From Gemmatimonadetes bacterium 13_1_20CM_4_69_16 (GTDB lineage: Bacteria > Gemmatimonadota > Gemmatimonadetes > Gemmatimonadales > GWC2-71-9): a DNA stretch of 64,000 bases. The DNA lies in contig MNIR01000051.1 in NCBI GenBank assembly GCA_001919865.1, forward strand, positions 91,920 through 155,919. Reading direction: 5' to 3'. Position 1 is the stretch's first letter, and each line of letters begins with the position of its first letter. A program made the translations under genes and the position numbers. This document shows positions 1-9,852 of this stretch, piece by piece. Below the pieces are notes generated by a model. That model was not told the origin of the DNA. It did not search any database and saw nothing but the letters and a program-made list of their open reading frames with translations.

Positions 1-290
1 AGTACTTCCGCCGCGTGCAGACCGCGAACCAACGCTTTCAAGAGAGCGGCGACCCGGGTTGGCTGACGGACCGGGGCGAGGTGTTCATCACGCTGGGCGA
101 ACCCGATGACGTGTTCGACTTCTCGAGCGACGTGTCCCGCAGCGGCGTGCGGGGCGTGCGCTGGACCTATTCGAGCTTGCGGCTCACGCTCTTCTTTCAG
201 GATCAGACCGGGTTCGGCCGCTTCCGCCTGACGCCGATGTCGCGCGCCGAATACCAGCGCGTCCTCGCGCGCGTCCGCCGCGGGCAGTGA
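1..290 (+). CDS. GWxTD domain-containing protein, C-terminal fragment (5' end outside window)
   Basis: The frame of ORF 15..290 stays open to the window edge. It contains the literal GWxTD signature 'GWLTDRGEVFITLGEPD'. Its stop overlaps the next gene's GTG (GTGA at 287-290). Confidence 0.7.
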   Translation, partial: YFRRVQTANQRFQESGDPGWLTDRGEVFITLGEPDDVFDFSSDVSRSGVRGVRWTYSSLRLTLFFQDQTGFGRFRLTPMSRAEYQRVLARVRRGQ

Positions 291-2518
291 AGCGCATCGC
301 GGCCCTCCTCGCCTTCGGGGCCGCGGCGCCGCTCGCCGTCGCAGCCCAGCACGACGATCACCAGACCGCGGCGCAGCGGGCCGAGTCGCTGCGACTCGCC
401 GGGCGTCCGTGGCACGCGGCCGAAACGCTGCTCGCCGCCGCGGCGCGCGAGTTGCACCTCGAGCCGGCCTTCGTGCTCGCGGGGGCCAAGGCCGAGCTGC
501 GCGCCCGCCGCTACGATCGGGCCCGGGGGCTGCTCGCCGGGCAGCCGTGGCTGGGCGAGTATGCCGATGGCGCGGGGCTCGCGGTGTTGGCGGAAGCCGA
601 AGCGCGGCTGGGGCGCGCCTCGGAAGCGGCGGGGCATTACGCCGCCGCGCGGGCGCATGCGCCGGGGGCGCGGGGGGCCCTGCTGGCGGTGCGTGCCGCG
701 CTCGCCTGGGAGGCGGGGGGAGAGAAGGACAGCGCGGCCGCGGCGTACGGAGCGGCGCGCACTGCCGGGCTCGCGGTCATCGACTCTTGGCTGCGGGTGC
801 GGCAGGCCCGCGTGACGCGCGACACCGCCGTCGCGTTCCGGTTGCTCGCGGACCTGCCACCCCCGGCCGCGCGCGAGGTGCCGGCCGCGCGCGCGCAGGC
901 CCTGCTCGTGGCGGGGGATAGCGCGGCGGCGCTCGAGGCGTTCGCGCAAGCCGGGCGGGCCCTGGAGGTGGCGCGCCTGGCTCTCGCGCGCGGCGATTCG
1001 GGCCGGGCGCGCGACGCGCTGTACGGTCTGATGGCGCGCGCGCCCGAGACCGATGACGCCGCGGCGGCCGTGGGGGTGGCGCTCGCGTCCCTGCCGCCGC
1101 GCACTCCCCCCGAGCGCGTGGCGCTCGCTCGCGCGATGAAGCCTCACGGCGCCGCGCCCGATGCCCGCATGGAAGTGGAGCGGGCGGTACGCCAGGGCGA
1201 TTCCAGCGCGGCCACGCTGGTGCTGCTCGGCGAGCTGCTCGCCGGGGCGGGGCGCTCGCGCGATGCCGAGCGGGCGTATCGGGCGGTGGCGAAGGACGCC
1301 GCGCTCGGCCCGTTGGCGATCTACCGCCGCGCGCGCATCCTCGTGCGGCTCGGCGATCCCGGCGCCCGCGAAGCCCTCTCCGGGTTTGCCCAGTCGTATC
1401 CCGCCGACACCGCGGCACCGACCGCGCTCTACGTCCTCGGCGACATGCTCGCCGACCGGGGCGACTGGGTGGGCGCCGCGCAGTGGTTCGCCGAGCTGGT
1501 CGCGCGCTACCCCGCCGATCTGCGAGCGTCACTGGCGCGCTTCCGGCTCGCGGCCCAGGCGACCCAAGAGGGACTGCTGGACAGCGCGGCGGCGCTGTAC
1601 CAGGCGGAGGTCGCCGCCGCGGCGCCGCAGCGTACGGCCGCGCGGTTCTGGCTCGGCAAGCTCGCCCTCTCGCGTGGCGACACCGCCGACGCGGAGGCGG
1701 CCTGGGTCGCGCTCGCCCACGAGGACTCGATCGGGTATTACGGCCTGCGCGCGCGTCGCGAAGTGGCATTGCCGCCGCTCCGGCTCGCCGCGCCTCCGCC
1801 GCCTCCACCGCCCCCGGCAGTCGCGGCGTGGCTCGGCCGGCTCGACACGCTGGAGCTCGCCGGCCTCGACAGCGCGGCGGAGACGGAGGTGCGCATGATG
1901 CTCGGTCGCTCGCCGCAGCAGGACGTCGACGCCTTGCTCGCCTGGAGCGAGGGGCTCGCCGTCCGCGGCTTCGGCCCCGCGGCGGTACGCCTCGGCTGGC
2001 AGGCGGCCCTCAAGGCGCCGGCCGATCCGCGGGTACTGCGCGCGATCTTCCCGTGGCCCAACCGGCAGGCCGTGGAAGCGGAGGCCGCCGAGTTCGGCGT
2101 CGACCCGCTGCTGTTCGTCGCCATCGTGCGTCAGGAAAGCGTGTTCGACGCCGAGGCCCTCTCCCCCGCCGGCGCGCGCGGGCTCGCGCAGCTCACCCCC
2201 GGGACGGCGGCCCTCACCGCGCGCGGGCTCGACGTCACCTTCTACCCTGACTGGATCACGGTGCCCGACTTGAACCTCCACCTCGGCGCGGCCCATCTGG
2301 ACGAGCTGCTGCGACGCTTCGGCGGCCGGGTCGATGCGGCCGTCGCGGCCTACAACGCCGGCGTCGCCCCCGTGAGGCGCTGGCTCGCCCGCGCGGGCAC
2401 CGCGGATCCCGACGAATTCGTCGAGCTCATCCCGTATCAGGAAACCCGCGGCTACGTGCGCGCCGTGCTGCGCAACCGGGAGGTGTACCGCGCCTTGTAT
2501 GCCGCGACAAGCAATTGA
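287..2518 (+). CDS. Soluble lytic murein transglycosylase (Slt-like): Ala/Leu-rich superhelical N-terminal region plus C-terminal SLT domain
   Basis: 743-aa ORF. N-terminal signal-like 'MKRIAALLAFGAAAPLAVAAQ'. C-terminal SLT catalytic motifs 'VAIVRQESVFDAEALSPAGARGLAQLTPGTA' and 'AAYNAG'. Confidence 0.85.
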   Translation: MKRIAALLAFGAAAPLAVAAQHDDHQTAAQRAESLRLAGRPWHAAETLLAAAARELHLEPAFVLAGAKAELRARRYDRARGLLAGQPWLGEYADGAGLAVLAEAEARLGRASEAAGHYAAARAHAPGARGALLAVRAALAWEAGGEKDSAAAAYGAARTAGLAVIDSWLRVRQARVTRDTAVAFRLLADLPPPAAREVPAARAQALLVAGDSAAALEAFAQAGRALEVARLALARGDSGRARDALYGLMARAPETDDAAAAVGVALASLPPRTPPERVALARAMKPHGAAPDARMEVERAVRQGDSSAATLVLLGELLAGAGRSRDAERAYRAVAKDAALGPLAIYRRARILVRLGDPGAREALSGFAQSYPADTAAPTALYVLGDMLADRGDWVGAAQWFAELVARYPADLRASLARFRLAAQATQEGLLDSAAALYQAEVAAAAPQRTAARFWLGKLALSRGDTADAEAAWVALAHEDSIGYYGLRARREVALPPLRLAAPPPPPPPPAVAAWLGRLDTLELAGLDSAAETEVRMMLGRSPQQDVDALLAWSEGLAVRGFGPAAVRLGWQAALKAPADPRVLRAIFPWPNRQAVEAEAAEFGVDPLLFVAIVRQESVFDAEALSPAGARGLAQLTPGTAALTARGLDVTFYPDWITVPDLNLHLGAAHLDELLRRFGGRVDAAVAAYNAGVAPVRRWLARAGTADPDEFVELIPYQETRGYVRAVLRNREVYRALYAATSN

Positions 2519-2674
2519 CCGACCGCTCGTTACGACGCCTGCCCGCGGCGACATCGCCGCGACACCGCGCTTTCTTGACAAGCTCCCCGGTGCGCACCAT
2601 CTCTATCGCGCGCTCGACACGGGGGTCGAGCGGGCGCCAACGCCCGATGTCGGACTCTGCAGGAGGCAGATCGA

Positions 2675-2875
2675 ATGGCCAAGGGAAAGGTGAAGTGGTT
2701 CAATGATGCCAAGGGCTACGGCTTCATTGAGCAGGATGGCGGCGAGGACGTGTTCGTGCATTTTTCGGCCATCCAGATGGACGGGTTCAAGACTCTCGCC
2801 GAAGGGCAGGCGGTGGAGTTCGAGGTGAAGACCGGGGACAAGGGGCTGCACGCCATGAACGTCGTTCGCGTGTAG
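2675..2875 (+). CDS. cspA: Cold-shock protein (CspA family)
   Basis: 66 aa, '[33 protein letters not shown]' carries the RNP1/RNP2 motifs. AGGAGG lies 8-9 nt upstream. A roughly 150-nt untranslated gap precedes it, as is typical of csp genes. Confidence 0.95.
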   Translation: MAKGKVKWFNDAKGYGFIEQDGGEDVFVHFSAIQMDGFKTLAEGQAVEFEVKTGDKGLHAMNVVRV

Positions 2876-2897
2876 CGACCCCACGCCATTCGCGTCG

Positions 2898-2928
2898 CCC
2901 CGCCCGAGAACCACCGGGCGGGGTTTTT
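2898..2928 (+). terminator. Rho-independent terminator after cspA
   Basis: Perfect 9-bp GC stem CCCCGCCCG (2898-2906) / CGGGCGGGG (2915-2923), 8-nt loop, then TTTTT (2924-2928). Confidence 0.8.
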
Positions 2929-2942
2929 GTATGTTTTCGCCC

Positions 2943-5825
2943 ATGACGCAACCGCGACTGACCCTCTATCTCGTCGACGGCTACGCCCTGATCTATCGCG
3001 CCTTCTTCGCGATGATCGCGCGCCCCCTCACCACGCGGCGTGGCGAGAACACCTCCGCTGCGTGGGGCATCACCAACTTCCTGATCCGCCTGCTGCAAAC
3101 CCGTCGACCCGACTATCTCGCCTGGGTGCACGACGTGGGCGAGTCGTTCCGCCACCAGACCTACGAGGCCTACAAGGCGACGCGTGAAAAGCTCACGCAT
3201 GAGCTGCAGCAAGACTTCGACCGCTCCGTCGAGCGGATCGAGCAGATCCTCGAGGCGTTCCACGTGCCCGTAGTAGGGGTGGAAGGATACGAGGCGGACG
3301 ACGTCATCGGCACATTGGCCACGGCGGCCGCCGCCCGCGGGCTACAGGCCATCATCGTCTCCGGGGACAAGGATTTCTATCAGCTGATCGGACCCGGTAT
3401 CGCGCTCTTGAATCCCGGCCGCGGCGGACCGGCAGCGGTCGAAGAGCATTGGGTCGACGACACGAACGCGAGCGAGCGTCTGGGTGTGCCCCCCGAACGG
3501 GTGGTCGACTACCTCGCGCTCGTGGGCGACACCTCGGACAATATCCCGGGCGTGAAGGGGGTGGGCGAGAAGACCGCGCGCGAGCTGCTGCAAACCTTCG
3601 GAGATCTCGACACAATCCTCGCCAGTGCCGAGCAGATCCGGGGCAAGCGCGCGCGCGAGGCGATACAGCAGTACGCCGAACTCGCGCGCCTGTCGCGTGA
3701 CCTCGTGACGATCCGCCGCGACGTCCCCTTGCCGCTCGACCTCGATGCGCTGCGCGTCCGTCCGCCCGACACGGCGCGGCTCGCCGAGCTCTTCACGGAG
3801 CTCGAGTTTCGCTCCCTGATCCCCAAGCTGGATCAGCTCGCCGTCGCGCCATCGGAGAACTCCGCTCCCCCTCCCCCTCCCCCAGCCCAGCGGGCGCCGC
3901 TCGTCGCGGGGTCGACTCCCCTTTCCCCCCTGGCGGCTCCCTCGACGCCTCCGCCCGTTTCGGTCCCGTCGCCCGCGCTCGCCCGCCCGGCGGCAGAGCC
4001 GACGATCGTGGACGACCCCGCCGCTCTTGCCGTCATGGTCGCCGAATGCCGGCGTGCACCCCTGGTCGCGCTCGAGACCGAAACGTCGTCGCTCGATCCG
4101 ATGCGGGGGGAGCTGGTCGGGATGTCCCTCGCCGTCGCGCCCGGGCGATCGTGGTACCTGCCGTTCGCGCACGTGGCTCCTGACGGCGAGCTCGCCGGCG
4201 GGACGCCGCCGCGCAACCTCCCGGCGCTCGTGAGCGAGGCGCTCGCGCCGCTGCGCGAGTTGCTGGCTGACGCGCGCGTGCCCAAGGCCGGCCACAACAT
4301 CAAGCACGACTGGCTGGCACTGCGGCGCGCCGGCGTCGAGCTCGTGGGCGTCACCTACGATTCCATGCTCGCGAGCTTCGTGCTCGATCCCGGCCGCCGC
4401 TCGCATGCGATCGACGAGCTCGCACGAGAGCGCCTGTCTCTCGAGATGCGCACGTACGCGGACGTGGCGGGGCGGGGCAAGGCCGAGCGCGCGTTCGCTG
4501 CCGTGCCGCTGGTCGAGGCCGCGCGCTACTGCGGCGCCGACAGCGAGATGGTGCTGCGGCTGCGCGCCGCGTTCCAGTCCGAGCTCGAGGACCACCAGTT
4601 GCTCACCCTGCTCGAGACGATCGAGGTGCCGCTCATCGCCGCCCTCGTCGACATGGAGTGGCACGGGGTGCTCATCGATCTGGGGCGGCTGGGGGAGATC
4701 TCGCGCGAATTCGCGAAGGAGCTGGCCGAGCTCGAGCGGGGGATTTATCGCGCCGCCGGCACCGAGTTCAACGTCAACTCGACCCCACAGCTGCGCCACG
4801 TGCTGTTCGAAAAACACCAGCTGCCGGTCCTCAAGAAGACGAAGACCGGGGCGTCCACCGACTATGAGGTGCTGGAGCAGCTGGCCGCGATGGGACATGA
4901 GGTGCCGCGCCTGCTGATCGAGTACCGCGAGCTCTCCAAGCTCAAGTCGACGTACGTCGACGCCCTGCCGGGATTCATCGATCCCCGCACCGGCCGGATT
5001 CACACCAGCTACAACCAAACCGGCGCCGCCACGGGTCGGCTGTCCTCCTCGGACCCGAACCTCCAGAACATCCCTGTGCGGACCCCACGCGGGGAGGCGA
5101 TCCGTCGGGCGTTCGTGGCCGCACCGGGGTGGTTGCTCCTGACCGCCGACTACTCCCAGATCGAGCTTCGCCTGCTCGCACACCTGTCCGGCGATCCGGC
5201 GTTCGTGCGCGCCTTCGAGCAGGGGGGGGACATCCACCGTCAGACGGCGGCGATCATCTTCGGCGTCCCGCAGGAGCAGGTGACGCCCGACATGCGCGCC
5301 CGTGCCAAGACGATCAACTTCGCCACGATCTACGGCCAAGGCCCGTTCGCGCTCGCCCGCCAGCTCGGCATCACGCAGGAGCAGGCGAAGGACTTCATCA
5401 CCCAGTATTTCGATCGGTTCGCCGGTGTGCGGGCCTGGCTCGACCGCACCGTCGCCGAAGCGCGCGAACGGGGGTACGTGCAGACCTTGTTCGGGCGGCG
5501 CCGCTACATCCCGGAACTGAAGGACCGCAACTTCAACGTCCGCGCCTTCGGGGAGCGCACCGCCACCAACTCGCCGCTGCAGGGATCAGCCGCCGACCTG
5601 ATCAAGATCGCCATGGTCCGCATCGGCCAGGGCCTGCGGGAGCGCCGGCTCGCCACGCGCATGCTGCTGCAAGTGCATGACGAGCTTGTGTTTGAGGTCC
5701 CGGAAGGTGAGGAGGAGACCGCCACGGAGCTGGTAAAACGCCATATGGAGCAGGCCGCCCAGCTGCACGTGCCGCTCGTTGTAAGTATCGGTCTGGGAAG
5801 GAATTGGGTCGATGCCAAGAGCTAA
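2943..5825 (+). CDS. polA: DNA polymerase I (5'-3' exonuclease, 3'-5' exonuclease-like and polymerase domains)
   Basis: ORF 2931..5825. 'LYLVDGYALIYRAFFA' (5' nuclease), 'ETETSSLDP' (exonuclease domain), 'RRxAKxINFGxIYG'-like 'RARAKTINFATIYGQG', and 'QVHDELVFEV' (motif C). The ATG at 2931 directly abuts the csp terminator T-tract, so the ATG at 2943 (MTQPRL...) is preferred. The start is uncertain by 4 codons. Confidence 0.93.
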   Translation: MTQPRLTLYLVDGYALIYRAFFAMIARPLTTRRGENTSAAWGITNFLIRLLQTRRPDYLAWVHDVGESFRHQTYEAYKATREKLTHELQQDFDRSVERIEQILEAFHVPVVGVEGYEADDVIGTLATAAAARGLQAIIVSGDKDFYQLIGPGIALLNPGRGGPAAVEEHWVDDTNASERLGVPPERVVDYLALVGDTSDNIPGVKGVGEKTARELLQTFGDLDTILASAEQIRGKRAREAIQQYAELARLSRDLVTIRRDVPLPLDLDALRVRPPDTARLAELFTELEFRSLIPKLDQLAVAPSENSAPPPPPPAQRAPLVAGSTPLSPLAAPSTPPPVSVPSPALARPAAEPTIVDDPAALAVMVAECRRAPLVALETETSSLDPMRGELVGMSLAVAPGRSWYLPFAHVAPDGELAGGTPPRNLPALVSEALAPLRELLADARVPKAGHNIKHDWLALRRAGVELVGVTYDSMLASFVLDPGRRSHAIDELARERLSLEMRTYADVAGRGKAERAFAAVPLVEAARYCGADSEMVLRLRAAFQSELEDHQLLTLLETIEVPLIAALVDMEWHGVLIDLGRLGEISREFAKELAELERGIYRAAGTEFNVNSTPQLRHVLFEKHQLPVLKKTKTGASTDYEVLEQLAAMGHEVPRLLIEYRELSKLKSTYVDALPGFIDPRTGRIHTSYNQTGAATGRLSSSDPNLQNIPVRTPRGEAIRRAFVAAPGWLLLTADYSQIELRLLAHLSGDPAFVRAFEQGGDIHRQTAAIIFGVPQEQVTPDMRARAKTINFATIYGQGPFALARQLGITQEQAKDFITQYFDRFAGVRAWLDRTVAEARERGYVQTLFGRRRYIPELKDRNFNVRAFGERTATNSPLQGSAADLIKIAMVRIGQGLRERRLATRMLLQVHDELVFEVPEGEEETATELVKRHMEQAAQLHVPLVVSIGLGRNWVDAKS

Positions 5826-5929
5826 GCATGGCTCTTGCAGGAACGGCCCCTGGTGCCCAGTATAGGTGGCGTCGAGCCCGTCTGTGCGTTCTCGGACTCG
5901 GCGCCCTTTGGCGCCCGGAGGGTGGGCAG

Positions 5930-6310
5930 GTGACGTGTAGACGCGGCTTTACCCTGATTGAGCTGTTGATCGTGGTGGTGATCATCGGGATTCTCGCGGC
6001 TATCGCGATCCCGAAGTTCGCCAACACGAAGGAGAAGGCCTACATCGGCGCGATGAAATCCGATCTTCGGAACCTCGCGACGGCGGAGGAGGCCTTCTTC
6101 TACGACAGCGCGACCTATACGACCAGCCTCGGCGCCATGAACAACTTCAGCGCCTCTACGGGAGTCAGCCTCACGGTCAATGAGGCCACGCCGCAGGGTT
6201 GGTCGGCGACCGCGTCGAGCGCCAATACCCCCCACAAGTGCTACCTGTTTTCGGGCACCGCCACCCCGGTGGGGAGCGCCACGACCGAGGGCCGTATTTC
6301 CTGCTCGTAG
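5930..6310 (+). CDS. Type IV pilin (prepilin-type N-terminal cleavage/methylation domain)
   Basis: Within ORF 5804..6310. The GTG at 5930 gives the leader 'MTCRRG|FTLIELLIVVVIIGILAAIAIPKF', a class III signal peptide. GGAGG at 5917-5921 lies 8 nt upstream. The upstream part of the track ORF overlaps the polA 3' end. Confidence 0.85.
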   Translation: MTCRRGFTLIELLIVVVIIGILAAIAIPKFANTKEKAYIGAMKSDLRNLATAEEAFFYDSATYTTSLGAMNNFSASTGVSLTVNEATPQGWSATASSANTPHKCYLFSGTATPVGSATTEGRISCS

Positions 6311-6348
6311 AGCCGTCCGTTCGGGAATTCACACGCCGCCGCGAGGGG

Positions 6349-6597
6349 ATGTGCTTCGCCCTCGACGGCGGCGTGTGGCTTCACCGACACAGGGTCCGCG
6401 GCGAGCGGATGGTCCACCTCGTGAGCGCCGACAAGGATCGCCTCTTGGCGCTGGGGGGGGAGCTGGGGTTGCGACCGGAGTGGCTGCAGTACAAGCCCCT
6501 GAAAGATCCGAGAACCGGAATCAGGGTACCGGCCTGGCATTGGGACGTGTGGGGATCGCACCTACAGCGCTTGGACGACACGAGAAGCCGCGTTTAG
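6349..6597 (+). CDS. DUF4031-like small protein
   Basis: Internal ATG of ORF 6199..6597 (the upstream part overlaps the pilin gene). 'MVHLVSADKDRLLALGGELGLRPEWLQY...HWDVWG' resembles the DUF4031 pattern (HL.SD...eLh.fA..lGl...w.....HYDv). Assigned from memory of the family. Confidence 0.5.
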   Translation: MCFALDGGVWLHRHRVRGERMVHLVSADKDRLLALGGELGLRPEWLQYKPLKDPRTGIRVPAWHWDVWGSHLQRLDDTRSRV

Positions 6598-6616
6598 CGA
6601 TGGACTGTCCTCGAAC

Positions 6617-8890
6617 CTAGTCGCTGCTCCCTGTCTCCAGCCTGGGTGCCCTTACCCCTGGCCACCAGTTCCATCTCCCCGCGATGTGCATGATCGCCGG
6701 CACCAGCACCATGCGGATGAGCGTCGCGTCCAGCAACACCGCCGCCGCGAGACCGAAGCCGACGAGCTGCACCGCCAGCACCCGGGCGAACGCGAACGTG
6801 CCGAACACCAGGATCATGATGAGCGCGGCGCTCGTGATCGTCGAGGCGGTGGCGGAGAGCCCCTCCATCGTCGCGTAGTCGTTTCGGCCGGTCTTGTCGA
6901 ACACTTCCTTGACCCGCGTCAGCAGGAACACCTCGTAGTCCATCGACAGCCCGAACACGATCGCGAACACGAGCACCGGGACCACCACCCAGATCGCCTC
7001 GGTCGGCCCTTCCAGCCCGAACAGCCTCCCGCCGTAGCCGTGCTGGAACACTAGGACGGTGAGCCCGAACGACGCGCCCACCGAGAGGCAGTTCAAGAGC
7101 ACTGCCTTGAGTGGTACGAGGAGCGAGCGAAACGCGCCGAACAGCATGATCGCCGTGATGCCCAGCACCAGCCCGACCGTTTGGGGGAAGCGTCGCAGCA
7201 GTTCCTGCTGGGTATCGACGTTGGACGCGGCGAAGCCGCCGACGACGATCTCCGTGCCCGCGAGCCCGCGCACGCCGCGTGCTACTACGGCGCGCACGTG
7301 CCGCGCCACGTCCATCATCCCTGCCAGCGACACGGTATCTGCGGGGATCACGTCCAACAGGGTGATGCGCTGGTCGGCGCTCAGGTACGCGCCGAAGAAC
7401 TTGGGGTTCTTGGCGCGCACGGCCTCGGGGTCGGAGTAGTAGATCGCGAGCTGCAGCGTGGACATGCCCGGCCGGATGCTCGCCACGCCGCGCACCTCGC
7501 GCACCCGCGGGTCCTTCCGAAGCGAATCGGTGAGTGCCTTGAGGCCGGGGAGGCGGCGGGCGGCCAGCGCCGCCTCCCCTTCGGGCAGCTGCACCACGAC
7601 GCGGATCGGCTGGATGACGCCGCTCGCGCCCATGTCGCGCAGCGCCGCGAGCCCCTGCCCCGACTCCGATTGGGGCGGAAACCAGTTGGTGGCGGGGAGG
7701 CCCAGGCGGATCTGCGTGAGGGGGAAGCTGAGCAGCGCGATCGCGACGCCGCCGAACGCGACCGCCCGCCAGGGACGGTGCCCGAGCCAGCGCGCCCAAC
7801 GCTCCCAGCCGGTCGGCGCGTGGAACCGGGCGAGCGGGCGCGCGAGCCACTTGGGTCGGTCGATGTTCCGCCCCAGCACGGCGAGCAGCGCGGGAAGGAA
7901 CGTCGTCGCGAGCAGCACCGCCACGGCCACCACGAGCAGTCCGCCGACGCCGACGGAGCGGGTGTCCGACAACGGTGTCGTGACGAGCGCGGCGAAGCCC
8001 ACGACCACCGTGAGCCCGGATGTGATCACCGCCGAGCCGGCCGTTTCGATGGTGCGCACCGCCGCGTCCACCGGCGACAGCCCGCGATTCAGCTCCTCGC
8101 GGAAGCGCGTGACGATGAGCAACGAGTAATCGATCCCCACGCCGAGCCCCACCATGGTCGTGATGTTCAGCACGAACACGGACATCGGGAGGTAGCGCGC
8201 CGCGACGGTCACCAGGCCCAGCGCGATGGTGATTGCCAGCACGCCCACGATGACCGGCAGCATCGCCGCCACCAGCGCGCCGAATGCCACCACCAGCACG
8301 ACGAGCGTGGCCGGCACGGCCCGCTCCTCGCCGCGCTTCGTGTCCTCCGCGCTGACGGTCCGGACGTCGTGGTCGAGCGCCGGAAAGCCTGTCACCTTGA
8401 CATCGAAGCCGTCCGCCTGGGGCGCCCGCGCCAGGGCGTCGTGCACCGCCGCCCGCAGGTCGGGGACGACGCTCTTGCTGATGTCGCTCGTGAACTCCGG
8501 CGTGAGCGCCGCGATGAGGAACGTGGTGCGCCGGTCCTTACTGACGAAGCTCGACTCGCCGATCGCGCGGACCGCGATCACCTGGCTGACGTAGGGTCGC
8601 CGCTCCGCGGCCGCCTTCAGCGTGTCGAGCACCACGCCGAACCGCTGGTTCGTCCAGCGCACTGGACCGTGGACTACGATGGCGACGTAATCGGCGAAGG
8701 GACCGGGGAAGGCCTGCTTCAGCAGCTCGCTGGCGCGCGCGGCTTCGGTTGTCTCGCTGGCGCCGCCGCGCAACGCCAGGACGTCCTGGACGTCGATCGC
8801 GCGCGGCGCAAACAGCAGCGCGAGCACCGCCCACGCCGCGATCACCCAGCCGCGCCAGCGGATGAGCGGGGCCGCGGGTAACGCGATCAC
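6617..8890 (-). CDS. MMPL family (RND superfamily) membrane transporter
   Basis: 757 aa with two repeated 6-TM blocks. Typical MMPL motifs 'GVGIDYSLLIVTRFREEL' and 'GLSMDYEVFLLTRVKE'. Confidence 0.88.
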   Translation of the reverse strand: MIALPAAPLIRWRGWVIAAWAVLALLFAPRAIDVQDVLALRGGASETTEAARASELLKQAFPGPFADYVAIVVHGPVRWTNQRFGVVLDTLKAAAERRPYVSQVIAVRAIGESSFVSKDRRTTFLIAALTPEFTSDISKSVVPDLRAAVHDALARAPQADGFDVKVTGFPALDHDVRTVSAEDTKRGEERAVPATLVVLVVAFGALVAAMLPVIVGVLAITIALGLVTVAARYLPMSVFVLNITTMVGLGVGIDYSLLIVTRFREELNRGLSPVDAAVRTIETAGSAVITSGLTVVVGFAALVTTPLSDTRSVGVGGLLVVAVAVLLATTFLPALLAVLGRNIDRPKWLARPLARFHAPTGWERWARWLGHRPWRAVAFGGVAIALLSFPLTQIRLGLPATNWFPPQSESGQGLAALRDMGASGVIQPIRVVVQLPEGEAALAARRLPGLKALTDSLRKDPRVREVRGVASIRPGMSTLQLAIYYSDPEAVRAKNPKFFGAYLSADQRITLLDVIPADTVSLAGMMDVARHVRAVVARGVRGLAGTEIVVGGFAASNVDTQQELLRRFPQTVGLVLGITAIMLFGAFRSLLVPLKAVLLNCLSVGASFGLTVLVFQHGYGGRLFGLEGPTEAIWVVVPVLVFAIVFGLSMDYEVFLLTRVKEVFDKTGRNDYATMEGLSATASTITSAALIMILVFGTFAFARVLAVQLVGFGLAAAVLLDATLIRMVLVPAIMHIAGRWNWWPGVRAPRLETGSSD

Positions 8891-8960
8891 CTACTGTCCA
8901 GTCATAGGGGAGGCCCCAATCATAGAGGCGCCCGCGGGCCAAAGCTAGCGGCGCGCCACC

Positions 8961-9815
8961 GTGTTCCGACATATTGCGCGCATGATCGAGCGCCGCCTGT
9001 CCGTCCTGGTCGCCGGGCTCATCGTGTTCCTCGTGTTCGCGATGCTGTGGAACGGGTTCGTGCGACCGTCACACCGGTCGGCGCGCATCGAATCGGCCGC
9101 GCCTTCCTCCACCCTGGTGACGATCATCCCCGATAGCGCCACCGCGAGACGCGACACGACGGCGCGACAGGCCGGCCAGTCCCCGCCGCCCCCGACGGCT
9201 GCGCCGGCCCCGGCCGACCCCGGCACCAGCTACATGGTGCTGCTGGCTCGCTCCGAGACCCGCCGCCGCATCCGCGCCAGCGCAGGCTACACCTACCTGA
9301 ACGAGGTCGTCGCGGAGAGTGGCGATTCGATGCTGCACCGCTGGGATAACCGCATCTTCACGCCGGTGCGGGTGTTCCTCGGCCCCGGGACCGCCGCGAA
9401 CTTCCAGACGAGCTTCCTCGACGCCGTGCGCGAGGCGTTCGAGCGCTGGCAGCAGGCGGGCGTGCCGGTGCGGTTCAGGCTGGACGCCGACTCCGTGTCC
9501 GCCGAGGTGCATTTCGCTTGGAAGGTCCAGTTCGAGATGAAGCGCACCGGTCAGACGGACCTCACCTGGGACCAGGACGGCCACCTCGTGAACGGGGTGG
9601 TGACGCTCGCCACGTTCGATCCGGGCGGCCGACCCCTCGCGGCGGACGACGTCCGGGTCGTGGCGCTCCACGAAATCGGCCACCTGATCGGTCTCGATCA
9701 CTCGTCGGACTCGGCCGACGTCATGTTCGCGAATACCAAGGTCCGGGACCTCTCGCCGCGGGACATCGCTTCCGCGCTGCTGCTCTACCAGCTCTCGCCC
9801 GGCACTCTGCGCTAG
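8961..9815 (+). CDS. Matrixin-like (M10) zinc metalloprotease with N-terminal membrane anchor
   Basis: 'VVALHEIGHLIGLDHSSDSADVMF' is the HExxHxxGxxH motif plus Met-turn. N-terminal TM 'LSVLVAGLIVFLVFAMLW'. GTG start at 8961, alternative ATG at 8982. Confidence 0.8.
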   Translation: MFRHIARMIERRLSVLVAGLIVFLVFAMLWNGFVRPSHRSARIESAAPSSTLVTIIPDSATARRDTTARQAGQSPPPPTAAPAPADPGTSYMVLLARSETRRRIRASAGYTYLNEVVAESGDSMLHRWDNRIFTPVRVFLGPGTAANFQTSFLDAVREAFERWQQAGVPVRFRLDADSVSAEVHFAWKVQFEMKRTGQTDLTWDQDGHLVNGVVTLATFDPGGRPLAADDVRVVALHEIGHLIGLDHSSDSADVMFANTKVRDLSPRDIASALLLYQLSPGTLR

Positions 9816-9852
9816 CACGGCCCCGCGGTATATTCCGGTCGGAGGGCCGGCC

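Noticed and set aside
203-2581. Multiple 150-350-aa alternative-frame and antisense ORFs across the Slt gene (for example 203-1147, 777-1808, 1529-2581)
   Set aside because: All overlap the 743-aa lytic transglycosylase ORF, which has a signal peptide and an SLT catalytic domain. Their compositions are Arg/Pro/Ala-rich artefacts.
2575-2603. Possible cspA promoter (TTGACA at 2575-2580)
   Set aside because: The -35 match is perfect, but no acceptable -10 hexamer lies 16-19 nt downstream (CATCTC, ATCTCT or TCTATC). I cannot support a promoter call from sequence alone.
5826-5929. Sigma-54 promoter upstream of the pilin gene
   Set aside because: Pilin genes are often RpoN-dependent, but I found no TGGCAC-N5-TTGC element. 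In the closest candidate, around 5829-5838, the GG and GC dinucleotides are only 5 nt apart instead of 10.
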